NCBI GenBank assembly: GCA_964016885.1
Contig: OZ024747.1
Location: forward strand, 7,812,001-7,876,000
Source of the DNA: Eledone cirrhosa
Lineage: Eukaryota
Reading direction: 5' to 3'
Length of the DNA: 64,000 nt
Shown: positions 21,832-39,544 of the stretch, piece after piece
How positions within the stretch are numbered: position 1 is the stretch's first letter
Layout: each line of letters begins with the position of its first letter
Made by a program: the position numbers and the translations under genes
The notes under the pieces: model-generated
What the model was told of the DNA's origin: nothing
Seen by the model: only the letters and a program-made list of their open reading frames with translations
Databases searched by the model: none

Positions 21832-24800
21832 TATTATTACTTTTTTTTTTTTTTTTTTTTTTTCTCCCTTTTTTTTTTTTCCAATTCAATGATGTTCCAG
21901 AACAATGTAAACGAGATAATTGCCAATTTGGGTTCTGGAACAAAAAAGATCATTGGCAATAAGGGCAGGGGCCCCAAGTTATCACAACCTGGGCCCGCCC
22001 GTCATCGTGCCATTGTAATAGAGCCAAACAGGGCATTTAGTCTTGGCTGCTGGAACGTACGGACGCTGCTTGACAGGGATTCTTTGGAGCGTCCTGAACG
22101 AAGGACCGCTCTTGTTGCGAAGGAGCTTCGACGTTACGATCTTGACATCGTGGCTTTGTCTGAGACGAGGTTAGCTGGAGATGGTCATCTTACGGAATTT
22201 TGTGGAGAATATACATTCTTCTGGAAAGGAAGAGATGAAGGAACCAGAAGAGAGGCTGGGGTAGGATTTGCTGTTAAGACTGTACTGGTGAATAAATTGG
22301 AAGAATTCCCAGTGGGGATTAGTGAGCGTCTTATGTCCATGAGAGTTCCGCTGGACAAGGGAAGATATGCTACCCTGGTGAGTGTGTATGCTCCAACTAT
22401 GAATTCTGTCGATGAAGAAAAACTGTCCTTTTACCATGCCTTGAAAGGTGTTTTAAGAAATATCCCTCAGGCAGACAAAGTCATCGTGCTTGGTGACTTT
22501 AATGCTAGAGTGGGTAGGGATTTTAACACATGGAATGTAATCGGAAGGCATGGGGTGGGAAAGTGTAACAGCAATGGTATGCTCTTGCTGCAGATGTGTG
22601 AGGAGCTGGATCTGTGTGTTACCAACACCATGTTCCAACAAAAGAACAAATTCAAGACCACATGGATGCATCCTGCATCTAAGGAATGGCATCTTTTGGA
22701 CTACGTCCTAGTCAGGATGCGTGACAGACAGGATGTGCGGTGTGTTCGTGTTCTTCGTGGAGCTGAGTGCTGGACGGACCACCGCCTGGTACGCGCAAAA
22801 GTGAATCTAATCACCAAACGTAAAATCCGGGCTCCTGGTGTTACCCTGCCCAAAAGATTGAATGCTGCTCGTCTTAAGGATAAAAATGTGAAGAGGACAT
22901 TGGAAGAAGAGATGCAGGCTGCAGATCTTGGTGAGGATTGGCCGACCCTTAAAAAGTCGGTTTATGATGTAGGCAGACGTGTTCTGGGATTGGTGCAGAG
23001 AAAACATCAGGACTGGTTTAATGAGAAAGATGTGCATATAGATGACTTGTTGGCTGATAAGAGGCGCGCTCTGTCACGCTACTTGACGGCAAGACCACAG
23101 GAGAGGAATACGTTGCATGAGGAGCTCAGGGATGTGAAATCACGTGTTAGGCGGAGTCTTTCTCAGATGAAGGATCAGTGGTGGAGTGAGAAGGCTGGTG
23201 AGATACAAACTGCGTCTGATTGCAATAACACAAAGCTGTTGTACAGTCTCTTGCGTGAGGTTTATGGACCGTCTTCTTCTCTGGTGACACCGATTCGCAG
23301 CAGGGATGGCAAAGAACTTCTTCGTGACTCACAGGGAATTCTACGAAGGTGGCGGGAGCACTTTGATGATCTTTTGAATCAGCCGTCTGTCGTCAGTGAA
23401 GATTTCCTCAATCTCATTCCGGAAAGTCCTGTGAAAGTAGCTCTCGCAGAGCCTCCGACACTTGTGGAGGTTGCAGTGGCTATTTCGAAGCTGAACAGTG
23501 GAAGATCTCCAGGTATGGATGGCATACATGCTGAGCTCCTACAATATGGTGGTGAGAGACTCCTGCAACATCTTCACTCTCTGTTTGGAAGGATATGGGC
23601 TAATGAATCCGTGCCTGAGGACTGGAGAGATGCAGTAATGGTGGTCTTGTACAAGGGAAAGGGTAACAGGAATGATTGTGGGAACTACAGAGGTATATCA
23701 TTGCTTTCTGTCGTGGGGAAAGTTTTATGTAGGGTGCTTCTGGACCGTCTGCTGACACACATTGCAGATTGTGTCCTTCCTGAAAGTCAATCTGGTTTTC
23801 GTGTTGGACGCGGCACTACTGATATGATCTTCTCAGCTAGACAGCTCCAGGAGAAGTGCATTGAACAGGGCTTGGATCTGTATCAGGTTTTTGTCGATCT
23901 GACAAAGGCTTTCGATACTGTCAACAGAGATGCATTATGGAAGGTTCTCCAGAAACTTGGTTGCCCTGATAAGTTCCTTGCTTTAGTTAGGTCTTTCCAT
24001 GACGACATGAAGGCTTGGGTTAATGTCGGAGGTAACATGTCGGAGCCTATCTCAGTAAAAAATGGAGTGAAACAGGGGGATATTCCAGCACCGACCCTGT
24101 TTGCCATATACTTTGCAATGGTTTTCTGTATTGCATTCAGGAATTGCGAGCATGGTGTTTACATCCGATATCGAACCTCAGGCAGCATATTTAACATCAG
24201 GCGCTTTGCTGCGAAGACAAAAGTATTTACATCAGTCATAAGAGACCTCTTGTATGCAGATGATTGCGATCTTGTAGCGCACACAGAGAGTGATATGCAG
24301 CACATTTTGAATGTATTTTCTGACGCTTGCACTGCCCTGGGTTTGACTGTCAGTCTCAAGAAAACCGTCGTCATGTACCAACCTGCACCTGGTAGGCAGT
24401 ACACTGAACCAAACATCTATGTGTATGGCAAACGACTTGGAGTGGTTGATCAGTTTGTCTACCTGGGAAGCACTGTCAATCGATACGGCAACCTTGACAG
24501 TGAAATCTCACTTAGGATTAGGAAAGCAAGTGATGCTTTCGGAAAGCTAGAAAGGCGACTCTGGGGTCGGCGAGACATATGCAGGAGGACAAAGGTAAGG
24601 GTGTACAGGGCATGTGTACTCTCTTGTCTTCTTTATGCCTGCGAGACCTGGGTCACATATCGACGCCACCTTAAGCAATTGGAGCGTTTCCATCAGATGT
24701 GTCTCAGACGGATACATGGCGTTCGCTGGAGGGACCACATCAGTGATGTCGAGATTTTGGAAAGCTCTATGTGTGACAGTATAGAAGCTCTTGTGCTTAA

Positions 24801-25442
24801 GCAGCGACTCCGTTGGAGTGGTCACCTTGCCGGGATGAAGGATTCTAGAATACCAAAACAACTCTTCTATGGAGAGTTGGTTAAAGGAAAACGACCGCCA
24901 CATAAACCAAAAAAGAGGTATAAGGATTCCTTGAAGGCCTCTCTGAAAGACGCTAACATCTCTGCTGATACATGGGAAAATATTGCTGCTGATCGTAATA
25001 AATGGAGAAAGACTGTATATGAGGGAAAAGTTGCCTTTGAGGCATCTCGAATCGCACACGAGAAAGTAAAGCGGGACGTGAGGAAGGGTATTGCTGTTGC
25101 ACTTCCAGACGGCGAGGGTCCTCCTATGTTTCTGACATGCAGCGTCTGTGCGAGACTCTGCCTAAGCAAAGCTGGACTCGAAAGTCATCTTCGCAGTCAT
25201 AAAGTAAGACCAGTGGTTGACTACCAGGCTGCTGTTGGAGATGCTACTCATCATGCTTGCCAAACATGTGGTAGAGAATGTAAATCAGCAGGAGGACTCA
25301 AGCGACATGCAAAAGTACACGAACTCCAACCACAGCCGACTATTCCCAGTAAATGTTTTGGTTGCCGACTCTGTGCAAGACATTTTGGATCATTGGCTGG
25401 GCTAAAAAGCCACATTCGATCGCAGCACTGTTAGTTGCTATC

Positions 25443-25480
<38 letters not shown>

Positions 25481-25559
25481 GCTTATGTGCGTGCGTGTGT
25501 GTGTATATATATATGAATATGTATATTATTATTGTTGTTGTCGTTATTATTATTATTGC

Positions 25560-25632
<73 letters not shown>

Positions 25633-25693
25633 TTTTTTTTTTTTTTTTTTTTATTGTGCAATGGCCATACTCGATAACGAGGGGGCAGCCATC
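21494..25693 (+). mobile_element. apparently full-length RTE non-LTR retrotransposon, sense to host gene
   Basis: 5'UTR with CTAGGAGAAGG...AACTCCGAT motif of RTE 5'UTR type; intact ORF; 3'UTR with (GT)n, (TTA)n, polyT and terminal stem-loop 25661-25692 running straight into (TA)n. 5' boundary uncertain (could extend to ~21345 or ~20586). Confidence 0.88.
21889..25434 (+). CDS. RTE-clade LINE ORF: APE endonuclease + reverse transcriptase + three C2H2 zinc fingers
   Basis: Uninterrupted 1181 aa. APE motifs [37 protein letters not shown]; RT motifs [32 protein letters not shown] (24253-24264), YLG; RTE-type RLRWSGHL...[11 protein letters not shown]; fingers at 25138-25200, 25258-25320, 25363-25428. 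Confidence 0.96.
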   Translation: MMFQNNVNEIIANLGSGTKKIIGNKGRGPKLSQPGPARHRAIVIEPNRAFSLGCWNVRTLLDRDSLERPERRTALVAKELRRYDLDIVALSETRLAGDGHLTEFCGEYTFFWKGRDEGTRREAGVGFAVKTVLVNKLEEFPVGISERLMSMRVPLDKGRYATLVSVYAPTMNSVDEEKLSFYHALKGVLRNIPQADKVIVLGDFNARVGRDFNTWNVIGRHGVGKCNSNGMLLLQMCEELDLCVTNTMFQQKNKFKTTWMHPASKEWHLLDYVLVRMRDRQDVRCVRVLRGAECWTDHRLVRAKVNLITKRKIRAPGVTLPKRLNAARLKDKNVKRTLEEEMQAADLGEDWPTLKKSVYDVGRRVLGLVQRKHQDWFNEKDVHIDDLLADKRRALSRYLTARPQERNTLHEELRDVKSRVRRSLSQMKDQWWSEKAGEIQTASDCNNTKLLYSLLREVYGPSSSLVTPIRSRDGKELLRDSQGILRRWREHFDDLLNQPSVVSEDFLNLIPESPVKVALAEPPTLVEVAVAISKLNSGRSPGMDGIHAELLQYGGERLLQHLHSLFGRIWANESVPEDWRDAVMVVLYKGKGNRNDCGNYRGISLLSVVGKVLCRVLLDRLLTHIADCVLPESQSGFRVGRGTTDMIFSARQLQEKCIEQGLDLYQVFVDLTKAFDTVNRDALWKVLQKLGCPDKFLALVRSFHDDMKAWVNVGGNMSEPISVKNGVKQGDIPAPTLFAIYFAMVFCIAFRNCEHGVYIRYRTSGSIFNIRRFAAKTKVFTSVIRDLLYADDCDLVAHTESDMQHILNVFSDACTALGLTVSLKKTVVMYQPAPGRQYTEPNIYVYGKRLGVVDQFVYLGSTVNRYGNLDSEISLRIRKASDAFGKLERRLWGRRDICRRTKVRVYRACVLSCLLYACETWVTYRRHLKQLERFHQMCLRRIHGVRWRDHISDVEILESSMCDSIEALVLKQRLRWSGHLAGMKDSRIPKQLFYGELVKGKRPPHKPKKRYKDSLKASLKDANISADTWENIAADRNKWRKTVYEGKVAFEASRIAHEKVKRDVRKGIAVALPDGEGPPMFLTCSVCARLCLSKAGLESHLRSHKVRPVVDYQAAVGDATHHACQTCGRECKSAGGLKRHAKVHELQPQPTIPSKCFGCRLCARHFGSLAGLKSHIRSQHC

Positions 25694-29910
<4,217 letters not shown>

Positions 29911-30322
29911 TGTATAAATCGCACATGTTCCACAAAATACCTGAAAAATATTCAGCATGCAACTCATCTCCTGGGCCTACAGAGCTTCACTTTCAAAATA
30001 TATGGTATATTGTAAATATTGTTTGTAAAACAGAACTGTGACCTATACATGAGAACATATGGTGTGAGTTTGTCTGTGTGTACATAATATATATATTTAT
30101 ATATATATAAACACCATCACTATCTGGCATTTGGGGGCTCTATCAGTCCTATCAGTTGCATGCATTTTGACCAGGTCTCCAGTCTGAGGATAACGACTGC
30201 TTTCGCTCCAGCTCTGTAGTCCTCAGAAAGGTCATGGATGTTACCATTCCTCTTGTGAGCAATCATTGTATATAGACATATGTATATAGACACACTCTCA
30301 CACATATATATATATATATATA

Positions 30323-31441
30323 TGTAGTGTGTTTTATAAGTTGTGAGAAAAAAAAAATATAAAAAAAAGCAAAATTTTAAAAATTTAATTTTTTTTAATG
30401 TGATTTCAATCAAAGGGGACCCAATGTGGAACATCACATTGATTAGATTGCTCCTGCTGAGCCAGAAATTGTCAAAAGAAATAGGTGCAACAATGAAATC
30501 CTATCCCATGCAACAATTAAAGTTTGGATTGGATATTTTAACACTGGAAGAACTTCTGTTTTTGACGAAAGTCAGGCAAGCCAATTGAAATTAGAGAAGA
30601 GGTCATAGAAAAATGCAAGAAAATCCTTTCTGAGTGGAAAATTATAACCTGAGTTTTTCTTTTTGGCTTTACATCATAATGGAACAAGTTCATAACATTT
30701 TGTGGCATTGCAGCATTTGAAAGCTGTGTCTGAAATTTATGCCAAAGTTTTTGACATGCGAAATGTATGAAAACTGTCAACAGACCTTTGAAAGCAACTT
30801 CAACATTGTAATGAGTATGGTTCAATATTTATTGAAAATATTGTCACCATTGATGAGACTCCTCTAAATCTGTATGTTCTCGTACCAAGACATTTGAGAA
30901 TTGGAACAAGTCACTGAAGTACATGGATGCTCAGTGTTCTAGGTTTACCAGGATTTTGTGTCAATTGATTTTGCTGATAGAGGTGTCTAACTAAATTCTA
31001 ATTATTGAAGAATGCAGAAAAATGAGGAGGAAGAAAAGTTTCAATTTGGTTTCTGCAAGACAAAGCAGCAATTCACAAAAATGCTCAAAGAATACAGCAA
31101 ATTCTTGATGTTGGTTTGGAGTTGATTGAAAATCCTCTGTACAGCCTTGATTTGGCTCCTAGTAACTATTACTACTTTAGAGATCTGAAGATGTATTTGT
31201 GACATAAATATTTTATAGACAAGTATGGTCTCAAATTAGAAGCCACTGATTTCCTTAGCAAACAGGGACCTGATTTTTTTCATCAGTGTGTAAGATGAGC
31301 TGGTATGCTGTTGGAAAAAACACATGAATCAAAATGGTTCTTATATTGAAAACTAATACTTATATGACATTGTTATAGCTGTGTGTTTTTGTTTTATAAA
31401 TGTTTTCATATATTTTCTCACTACCTATTGAATGCACTACA
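30323..31441 (+). mobile_element. decayed Tc1/mariner (mariner-type) DNA transposon
   Basis: Imperfect TIRs TGTAGTGTGTTTTATAAGTTGTGAGAAAA / TTTTCTCACTACCTATTGAATGCACTACA, preceded by TA; broken transposase motifs NIVTIDET (~30837), LQDKAAIH (~31053) and NPLYSLDLAPSNYYYFRDLK (31131-31190; cf. YSPDLAPSDY). Confidence 0.85.
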
Positions 31442-32089
31442 TCCATATATGTATATGGCAGCCCAACAAATGACTACACCAGTTGTGGGAACATGAGTGA
31501 TGTGTATATATACAAAGGTTTGTGTGTGTATATATGTGTATGCATATGCTGATAATAGCTACTACACATGCTGTGATGGTTTTTGAGGAGTGGAGAAAAT
31601 GTTATGGGTGGCTATTAGGGTGTGATAGTGGCTAGCCATGTTTAGTGTCCTGTATGGGGTTTAATTAGGTTTTGCTACTAAGGGGTGATAATGTGTTGGG
31701 GCAGGGCATACATATGTAATTCAGACCAAGTTTTAGGCTTCTAGGTGAGTCTACATTGGCACAACATGGCTCCAATGCATGTGGCTCTTTCTAAGCTATT
31801 TTTTTTTTTTTTTTTTTTTTAGGTTTGCTCTCTAGCACGTTTGGGTGGGTCTTCCGACTGTGTCATAACTCAAGGACTTCTGACCACCTAGACAGGCCAG
31901 AAACCATATCCCATGCATTTTCTTGTGACCAGCACTAGTGAGGCTGTCATATCTCTGACACATAAGTATGATTACAGTGATAGTGAGGATAACTTCTAGG
32001 GAATGCCAGTGGAGGATAATAATATATATACTATATATGATATTTATGTATGTATATATCTGTGTGTACACACACACACATACATTGTA

Positions 32090-32305
32090 TGCAAAGTATC
32101 AAACTTTCGAAGCGCTGTGGCTGGAGTTATGAAATCGATAGAAAATGTAGGAAAATAACTGTAAATATAGTCGGTTGCTATAACTGAGACAATTGGGTAA
32201 AATACTCCCATGACTAGAAAAACAGAGCCAATGCCTGCTACAAAAAATTGAACTTGCTATTTTTTAGATATAAGTAGATTGCTCTAACCCTTGAGCTAAG
32301 GGACC
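32090..32305 (-). mobile_element. tRNA-headed repeat (SINE or tRNA pseudogene)
   Basis: Minus strand GGTCCCTTAGCTCAAGGGTTAGAGC...AAGTTCAATT; no intact cloverleaf. Confidence 0.5.
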
Positions 32306-32519
32306 CCTGACAATAATCGGAGGTCGGTTTCCATGGTGCTCTTCAGGGCCTTTGGAATTGATGGGAGAGAGGGAAATAGGCAGGAAGGTATTCTCAAATC
32401 AGAAACCTGGCCTAAAAGCTTGCAGCGGGCAGAAATCTACTAAATTTGCCCAAGAGCAAGGTGTTAATATTAAACTTTGCATTAGATTAAGTTGCATGCA
32501 CACACTCATGCGCGCGCGC

Positions 32520-32776
<257 letters not shown>

Positions 32777-35700
32777 TGGAGGTTCCTTTATCTAATATTG
32801 TTACTACTTCTATAATTATTACTTATATTTTAAATGATAATCCTAGACTTACTGTTACTACTACTAGTACTACCACTACTAGCACTACTGTTACTACTAC
32901 TAGTACTACCACTACTAGCACTACTGTTACTACTTATCAAACATTTTTTAAATATCTGCTTTGTGTCTTTTTGTTCATATTTTATTGAATTATTTTGATT
33001 TTCGTTATAACTCTTAGAATAGTAATACACACACATGCACACACTTTTCCCCTTACTGATTCTTTCCCCCTCCTTTATTCTTATTCTCTCTCTCTCTCTC
33101 TCTCTCTCTCCCCCACCTATTTTTCCATCTACCTTCAATCTAACAAGTTGAAATAAAAGCTGTCATATTGAGGTAGACACTTCAAGATGTTTAAGTGACA
33201 TGGCCATCTTGAAGATATATTGTACTAGAAACTTCCATGGTTGTGCATCTTCTGAGAATGTATCATTGAGACACTTAATTGTGCCTATCTCAGCTAATTT
33301 GATGGTAGAGATGCGACTACTTGAGTGGAAAAGATTTGACACTAGTTCAAACCCATTGCATTGTGTATTTGGAAAAACAGTCTACTTCAAGATATATATA
33401 TTGTATCAAGATATATATATTGTATCAATCTACTGTACTATCTGGAAATTAAAGGGTTATTATCATCTTGGTTAAAGTGCCATTTGTGTTGAATTATTAA
33501 TACAGAAAGCATCACCCACATAGTGAACGTGTGCAAAATGCTAGCTGAAAAGAAAAAGGATAAAAAGACGTGACAAGATCTGTTTGTACCTTCACTTGGT
33601 CAATGTGCAAAAAATATATTGGGTGTTTGATAAGAAGAACCAACATGTCCCAGAAAGTGTCCTTGATGACAAACCCAAGATACTCTGGGACTTCACTACC
33701 TAGATAGACTGCTGGTTGAAGACAACGATCCTGATATTGTAGTTATTTGCAGAAATGATCAGGAATGATTGATTATTGATGTTATGTCAGGCAACTATGA
33801 CACACATAGCCTTGAAAGAAAATTGGAAAAATAATAAAATATACTGACTTTTGTCATCATAGCTATTGTGTAAACCATCAATAATAATAGTACATAGCAG
33901 ACTGCAGTAGAAATACTGGAGTTATGTATTAGGTCTGTGACTGGATATTTGTACCAGGTTTAAATGGCTGTTGCAGTAAGTTAGGGATAGGCAGTAACCT
34001 GCTCTGAGGTTCTAAATATGGATGAATTGTAAGGATAACTTTCTTCTTAAGCTGTTGAGGTGGGTGAAGGTTGGTTAGTAGATTCTTTTGAGGCTGTAAT
34101 GTGCTTGTAAAGTTGAATGGTGGGTAAGGATTATTTTCTACAGTGTAGGTGAAGGGTATGTTGTAGCTTCTGACAAGGATGTCACAGTAGGTTAGGGGTT
34201 CAGTAGTAGTTTATTTGAGATTGTAAAGGTAGCTGAGGGGTGAGGGTCAACACAAGCTCTTCTATGGTTGTAAAAATAGATGGGCTGTTACTAACCATTT
34301 CTGACGCTGTTGAGCTGGATGCCTCACTATGATAAACTGTCAACTCATCCAAGATTATAGGGACATATGTTGAATGGTGTGGGGGTTAGTTCACATCTCA
34401 TCTGATTTAATGCTAGTGAATTCTGGAGCTTAGTCCTAGTCCTACAAGTTTGACAGGTTTGAGCACTTTTGTGTTTTAATTATAAGAACAACACAAAAGA
34501 AAAACTGCAACTAATTAATAGACAAACATGTCACAATGTCTTGTTCTGTTGTTGTTGTTTAGACTCTCTCTCTACCATCCCAGCTAGCTTCAAAGATCTA
34601 TGGTGTGGAGTTGACTGATCAAATAACCTAGCAAACCACAGATCCAACAACACCCTTTCTAATGCATCAGGTTACAACTGTGTTTACTGTATTCAGGTTG
34701 AATCCTATTGGCTTTCTGGGCATGGTTGCTCCTTCCTTCAACCCACATTTTGTTGGTTGGTGGGGCTGGGGTTCATGTTTGGTGTGGCATGATGTCTGAA
34801 AGCAGCATACATACTAGGATTTTTGTCTTGTTATATATTATATTGAGAAAGAAGCTCTTTATATAAGAAAGAGAACAGGTATTGAGAATGTAGCTGATTT
34901 GGTTTCTATACTGAACATATTAAAAGACAATAACATTTCCTTGTTTATTCAGATTTGACATTTTAAATGTATTAAGGGAGTTTTAAGAGACACCCATTCT
35001 GCTCAATCAACATGTAGCCACCATTGCCCCCCCCCCCCCAATTAACACTCTCACTCTGCTCCCCTCCATTCATATTTTTACTCTAATCATCATAATTCTC
35101 AGTCACTATCCAGTACCAGCTCTCTCCTACTATCACACACCCATATTGCCCTCCTGTAACTGTTATTCTCTCTCTCTCTCAACCACCCTATAACTGTTAT
35201 TCTCTCTCTCTCTCTCTCTCCTATCATTCTATAACCTCTCTCTCCCATCATACTCATATTCATTTTCTCTCCTCATTTAACCTTTTAGCTACTTCTCCCC
35301 TTTAAATTGCACTCCTGGGCACCTTTGGCCTTTTAAAGAATGGAGTCAACATAGTGGAGAGGACTCTTTTTGCCATGTAGGGACAATGCCGCCTCTCCAT
35401 TGTGTGTGTGTGTGTGTATTTCTATAACTACTCACTATACTCTTTAAATCCTTAACTTAATGGTTTGCTGTTGGTATCTGGGTGAATGTTAATCTGAGTA
35501 GATTTGGAGATCAAATTGGATTAACATCCAATCAGCTCCTTGCATAAAAACATGGTCAGGATTTAATAGTAAAGTTACTATCACTCCATATTGTTGTAGA
35601 TATTAACACATTTAACTTTTTGCACTGGCTTATTATAATTATTGTTATTATTTTATTACCATTCTTCTTCTTATTGTTGTTGTTGTTGTTGTTGTTAAAA

Positions 35701-36309
35701 TATTTTGTGTGGATTGCAGAATTGGCGTTGCTGAACAAAATACTGTGTGACATTTAGTTGCATCCCTTTATATTCTAAGTTCAAATCATATCCAAGTCCA
35801 CTTTACGTTTCATCTTTCTGAGTTCAGTACAATAAAGTACCAGTCAAGTTCTTTATATCAAGTTGATTATATTGTCCCTGCCTCCTCGACATAGTTATGT
35901 ATATTTGCTAGGAATCATTGTTACTGGTGTTGTAGTGGGGGTGGGATCAGAAGTTCCATAACAGATCAACAAACTAGAGCATTAGATATTCTACATGTAT
36001 TTCACTGAATTAGTTATCTCAATATTTTGAGTTCAAATTCTGTTTAAAGGAGAGTGGATTGGTAGAGCAGTGAGCATGTAATAATAATTAGTTATACCTC
36101 TATGTTCCGATTTCAAATCCTACCAGAGTTAACCTTTCCTTTCATCTTTCTGGGGTCTACAAAATAAGCACCAGTTAAGGACAAAGGTCAGCATAGTTGG
36201 CTATACACCCCTCCTTAAATTTTGTGGCCTAATGTTTTCTTTATTTTTATTATTCCTTCTGTTGCTGTTACTATTAATGTTATTTTTTTGCTGTTCTTTA
36301 TTGTTTCAG

Positions 36310-36428
36310 ATCTGGGATAAAGGTACTTTGGAATGTGTGAAGGTGTTAACAGGACATACAGGCTCTGTATTGTGTTTACAGTATGACAAGAACATTATTA
36401 TTTCAGGTTCAAGTGATTCAACTGTGAG
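36310..36428 (+). CDS. BTRC: beta-TrCP exon (WD40)
   Basis: tttcag|ATC...AG|gtaagt, 119 nt; [39 protein letters not shown](R); continues the previous exon in phase 0. Confidence 0.96.
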
Positions 36429-36501
36429 GTAAGTTATACACTTGACTATTTTCTTTATTTTATTCTACTCTATTTTGCTCATATTTGCAGTTATATATAT
36501 A

Positions 36502-37420
36502 CTAGTATTAAAGCCCGGCGTTGCTCGGGGTCAGTAAGTTACCAAAGTTAGGTTGCACCACCCATTTTATGGCAGCACTTTTTTGTCTGCCAGGCACTGG
36601 GTGAATGAATTGCAGACCTGGACTGCCGAAGCAGGAGCTGCGTCAGCAGTGACAATTGTAGTTTCGCCTATGGATATTATCTCTGTGCAAAGAAGTGTTG
36701 AAATTTATTGTTTCACAGTACTTGCGCAACACGCGCGTAGACGATGCCAGCTGAACAACAGAGCTGCGATGGAGTTGTTCTGCATGGTTGTCTAATGTGT
36801 GTTTTCTAAATTTAAGACAGTAGGGAGGGGTGTGATATGGGGGAGAGTTAGCTGCTGTTTCTAGCAGGTTTAGTGACCTCATAGAGGATATTATTGTGTA
36901 TAGTAAATGAACTGATACTTCTTCCACGTTCGTTGATAGATGTTTTAAAAAAGATTTATTGCTATTTTTTTTGTTGTTGAATAAATTTATCTGTTGCTTT
37001 TGAATAATTGTTGTTTCATATGAAATGTAATAAGTTCTCTTTGTCATTGAAGTAAATAAATGTTTGACCGTTCCACACTCAAAAACAAACTTCTCTCCCT
37101 CTCTCTCAAAGTTTGTAAGTTTAATCGTATATCAGAGAAAGTTGCAGCATGTATGTAGTTTTATCGAATTTTAAGGGGAGTAGAGAGGAAATCAGATTGT
37201 ATTAGAGGAGTAAAGCGTCATGTATTTAGTTTTATCGATTATTTCCGTAATTGTGGGTGAGTTTGAATGAAATAAATAGTCGTTGACTTAAGTTAGACCA
37301 TTTACAACATTCTTACAGACTTTGAGTCGAATCGGTTTGAAATTGTGCAAATGTATAAACATGGAACACACACACGCGCACGCGCACCATTAACAATAAT
37401 CTGCCTTTTATAGATAATGA
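36502..37420 (-). mobile_element. non-autonomous Helitron
   Basis: Minus strand ends CCCGAGCAACGCCGGG hairpin, then CTTTAATA, then CTAG|T (canonical Helitron 3' end); putative 5' end A|TCATTATCTATAAAAGGC at 37420 followed by a (GT) tract; A|T target with no TSD. 5' end is less certain. Confidence 0.7.
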
Positions 37421-37838
37421 TATATTTTTTACTCACAACCAAGTGAGTACTTAATCGGAGCCATTGACCGCTTGGATGGTCCATGTCTATCTTGCTTTCA
37501 TACTGGAATCAAACCCACAACCGTACAATCGTGAACCAAACACCTTAACTACTAAGTCGTGTGTGCATGTGTGCACACACGCGCACAGACAGACAGACAG
37601 CGTGCTTTGTTACAGTTTAGTGAAGACCCAAATATTGTTTGGCAATCTTTCTATGGCTGGATGTTCTTCCTATCACCAATCACCTTATAGAGTGTACTAA
37701 GTGGTGATATGTAGTGTGAGAGAGAAGACGAAGTAGAGGTGAGAGAAAGATGGATTGTGGAGAGATTTTGAGTGATTTAAAAAAAAATACACTGTTGATA
37801 ACTTTCTTTACCTGTGTGGCGTATGTCTCTCATTGCAG

Positions 37839-37944
37839 AGTGTGGGATGTGATGACAGGTGAAATGTTAAATACACTGATACACCACTGTGAAGCTGTGC
37901 TTCATCTGCGGTTTAACGATGGTATCATGGTCACTTGTTCAAAG
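37839..37944 (+). CDS. BTRC: beta-TrCP exon (WD40)
   Basis: ttgcag|A GTG...AAG|gtatgt, 106 nt; [35 protein letters not shown]. Confidence 0.96.
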
Positions 37945-38466
37945 GTATGTCAAACTTTCCTTTCTTTTTATTGCTTCAATGGTCATACAACATTTTTGGT
38001 TCATGGGCAGCACTGCTCTTCCTTACAAAAGGAGTTTCACTTTTGAAATATAGGACAAAATTTGCTGGGGGGCAACTTTACTTTTAACCCTTTCACAGTT
38101 GATAAAATGAAGTACCAGTCCAGAACATTGGATTGGCAGTATTGTTAGAGCATCAGATGAGATGCCTTGTAGTATTTGTTTTGGCCTTTGCATTCTGAGT
38201 TCAAACTCCACTGGTTTGCTTGGTTGATACATAATTCATCTAGTTTAACACTACCACCTGGCCCTTGAGTACTTTTAGCAGGATCACCCTTCCCTATTCT
38301 TAATTAAACAGTGGGTGGGAAAAAAAAAACTGACATAGAGAGGTTGTTGTTCAGTAACTTAATCAGTTCCTATCTAAGAGATATCCTATCTAACCTATTA
38401 AATAGTATCAAACCAAAGTCCTGATGTCTGATTTGTAACCACCTTTACTTACCACAATGTAACTGG

Positions 38467-38672
38467 TTAACTCTTTCGTTAACATATTTCTAATGAAATT
38501 CTTTGTATTTTAATTAATGAAGAATTTGGAAAGGATTTACTAAAATTATTTCATTGAAATAGTATTTGTAACATAGCAAAATGTTCCTATATAAAATTGT
38601 TGGAAGGTTTTAATTTGAGAAGGAACACTTTAAAATGGGTGGTTTTGGGTGTGTTGGTATCAAAAGGGTTAA
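38467..38672. mobile_element. TTAA-flanked (piggyBac-type) MITE
   Basis: TTAACTCTTTCG...CAAAAGGGTTAA; internal sequence similar to 1999-2248. Confidence 0.7.
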
Positions 38673-39225
38673 ATAAGGACTTTTTTTTATATTTTAGTCA
38701 GAAGAGGAAGGGAATTGTGCTCAATATTTTTGCAGGGCCTCTAAGTCTGATAGAGGAAAGGAAAGAAGCAGTAATTCTTTATTTTCAGACTAAATATCTG
38801 ATCTGAATACTTGCAAGAAGAGTGGATAGCACTTCAGACATTATGAGCCAGGTGGTGGTGTTTAACTGGGACAATGGATTAAGTACTAGTGTAATATGTC
38901 ATATTCTCTGATCTTGAACTATAACATGTGTTACATTGCTGTCTTGATATGTTAGGAATTAGTCTGATCCAGTGATGGTCTTTGTTGATCGGCATGTAGC
39001 AATATAATATACCACATGCTCTCAGTATAATAGGCCAGTATATTTAGAACTACATCATTAACAAATGTCACTTTTTTTTTTAAAAACTGTTTTGTATGAT
39101 ATTGAGGAGACTTGGCTGCTATTTCTAGCAGGCTGAATGACCACAGAGACTTCTTCATTGAAGATATTATGTGACACCTTGTACTGTCCAGGTGTAATTT
39201 ATTAATCTTTATTTTATGTGATTAG

Positions 39226-39369
39226 GATCGATCCATTGCTGTGTGGGATATGAATTCACCAGCTGACATCAATTTACGGAGAGTTCTAGTTGGTCATCGG
39301 GCAGCGGTCAATGTAGTGGACTTTGATGAAAAATACATAGTTTCAGCTTCAGGTGATCGTACAATAAAG
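39226..39369 (+). CDS. BTRC: beta-TrCP exon (WD40)
   Basis: attag|GAT...AAG|gttagt, 144 nt; [48 protein letters not shown] (not in the ORF track; translated by hand). Confidence 0.96.
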
Positions 39370-39544
39370 GTTAGTATTGTTGAATGAATTGTTTCACAGC
39401 TGTCTATCAACAGAATGGTGTGTGTATAATGCTTATGTGTGCCTGCAAGCAAGACATAACTATCTCAGAATGCCTGGCAAAGGAGTAAATTCCTCTTTTA
39501 CTTTACATTTTAATGGTTTGAATGTATATAGGAAGGGATGATGA

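Noticed and set aside
22171-25169. Antisense ORFs within the LINE
   Set aside because: Short shadows of the long sense ORF with no motifs.
32230-32305. Functional tRNA gene on the minus strand
   Set aside because: A/B-box-like motifs are present but acceptor, anticodon and T stems do not pair; better read as a SINE head.
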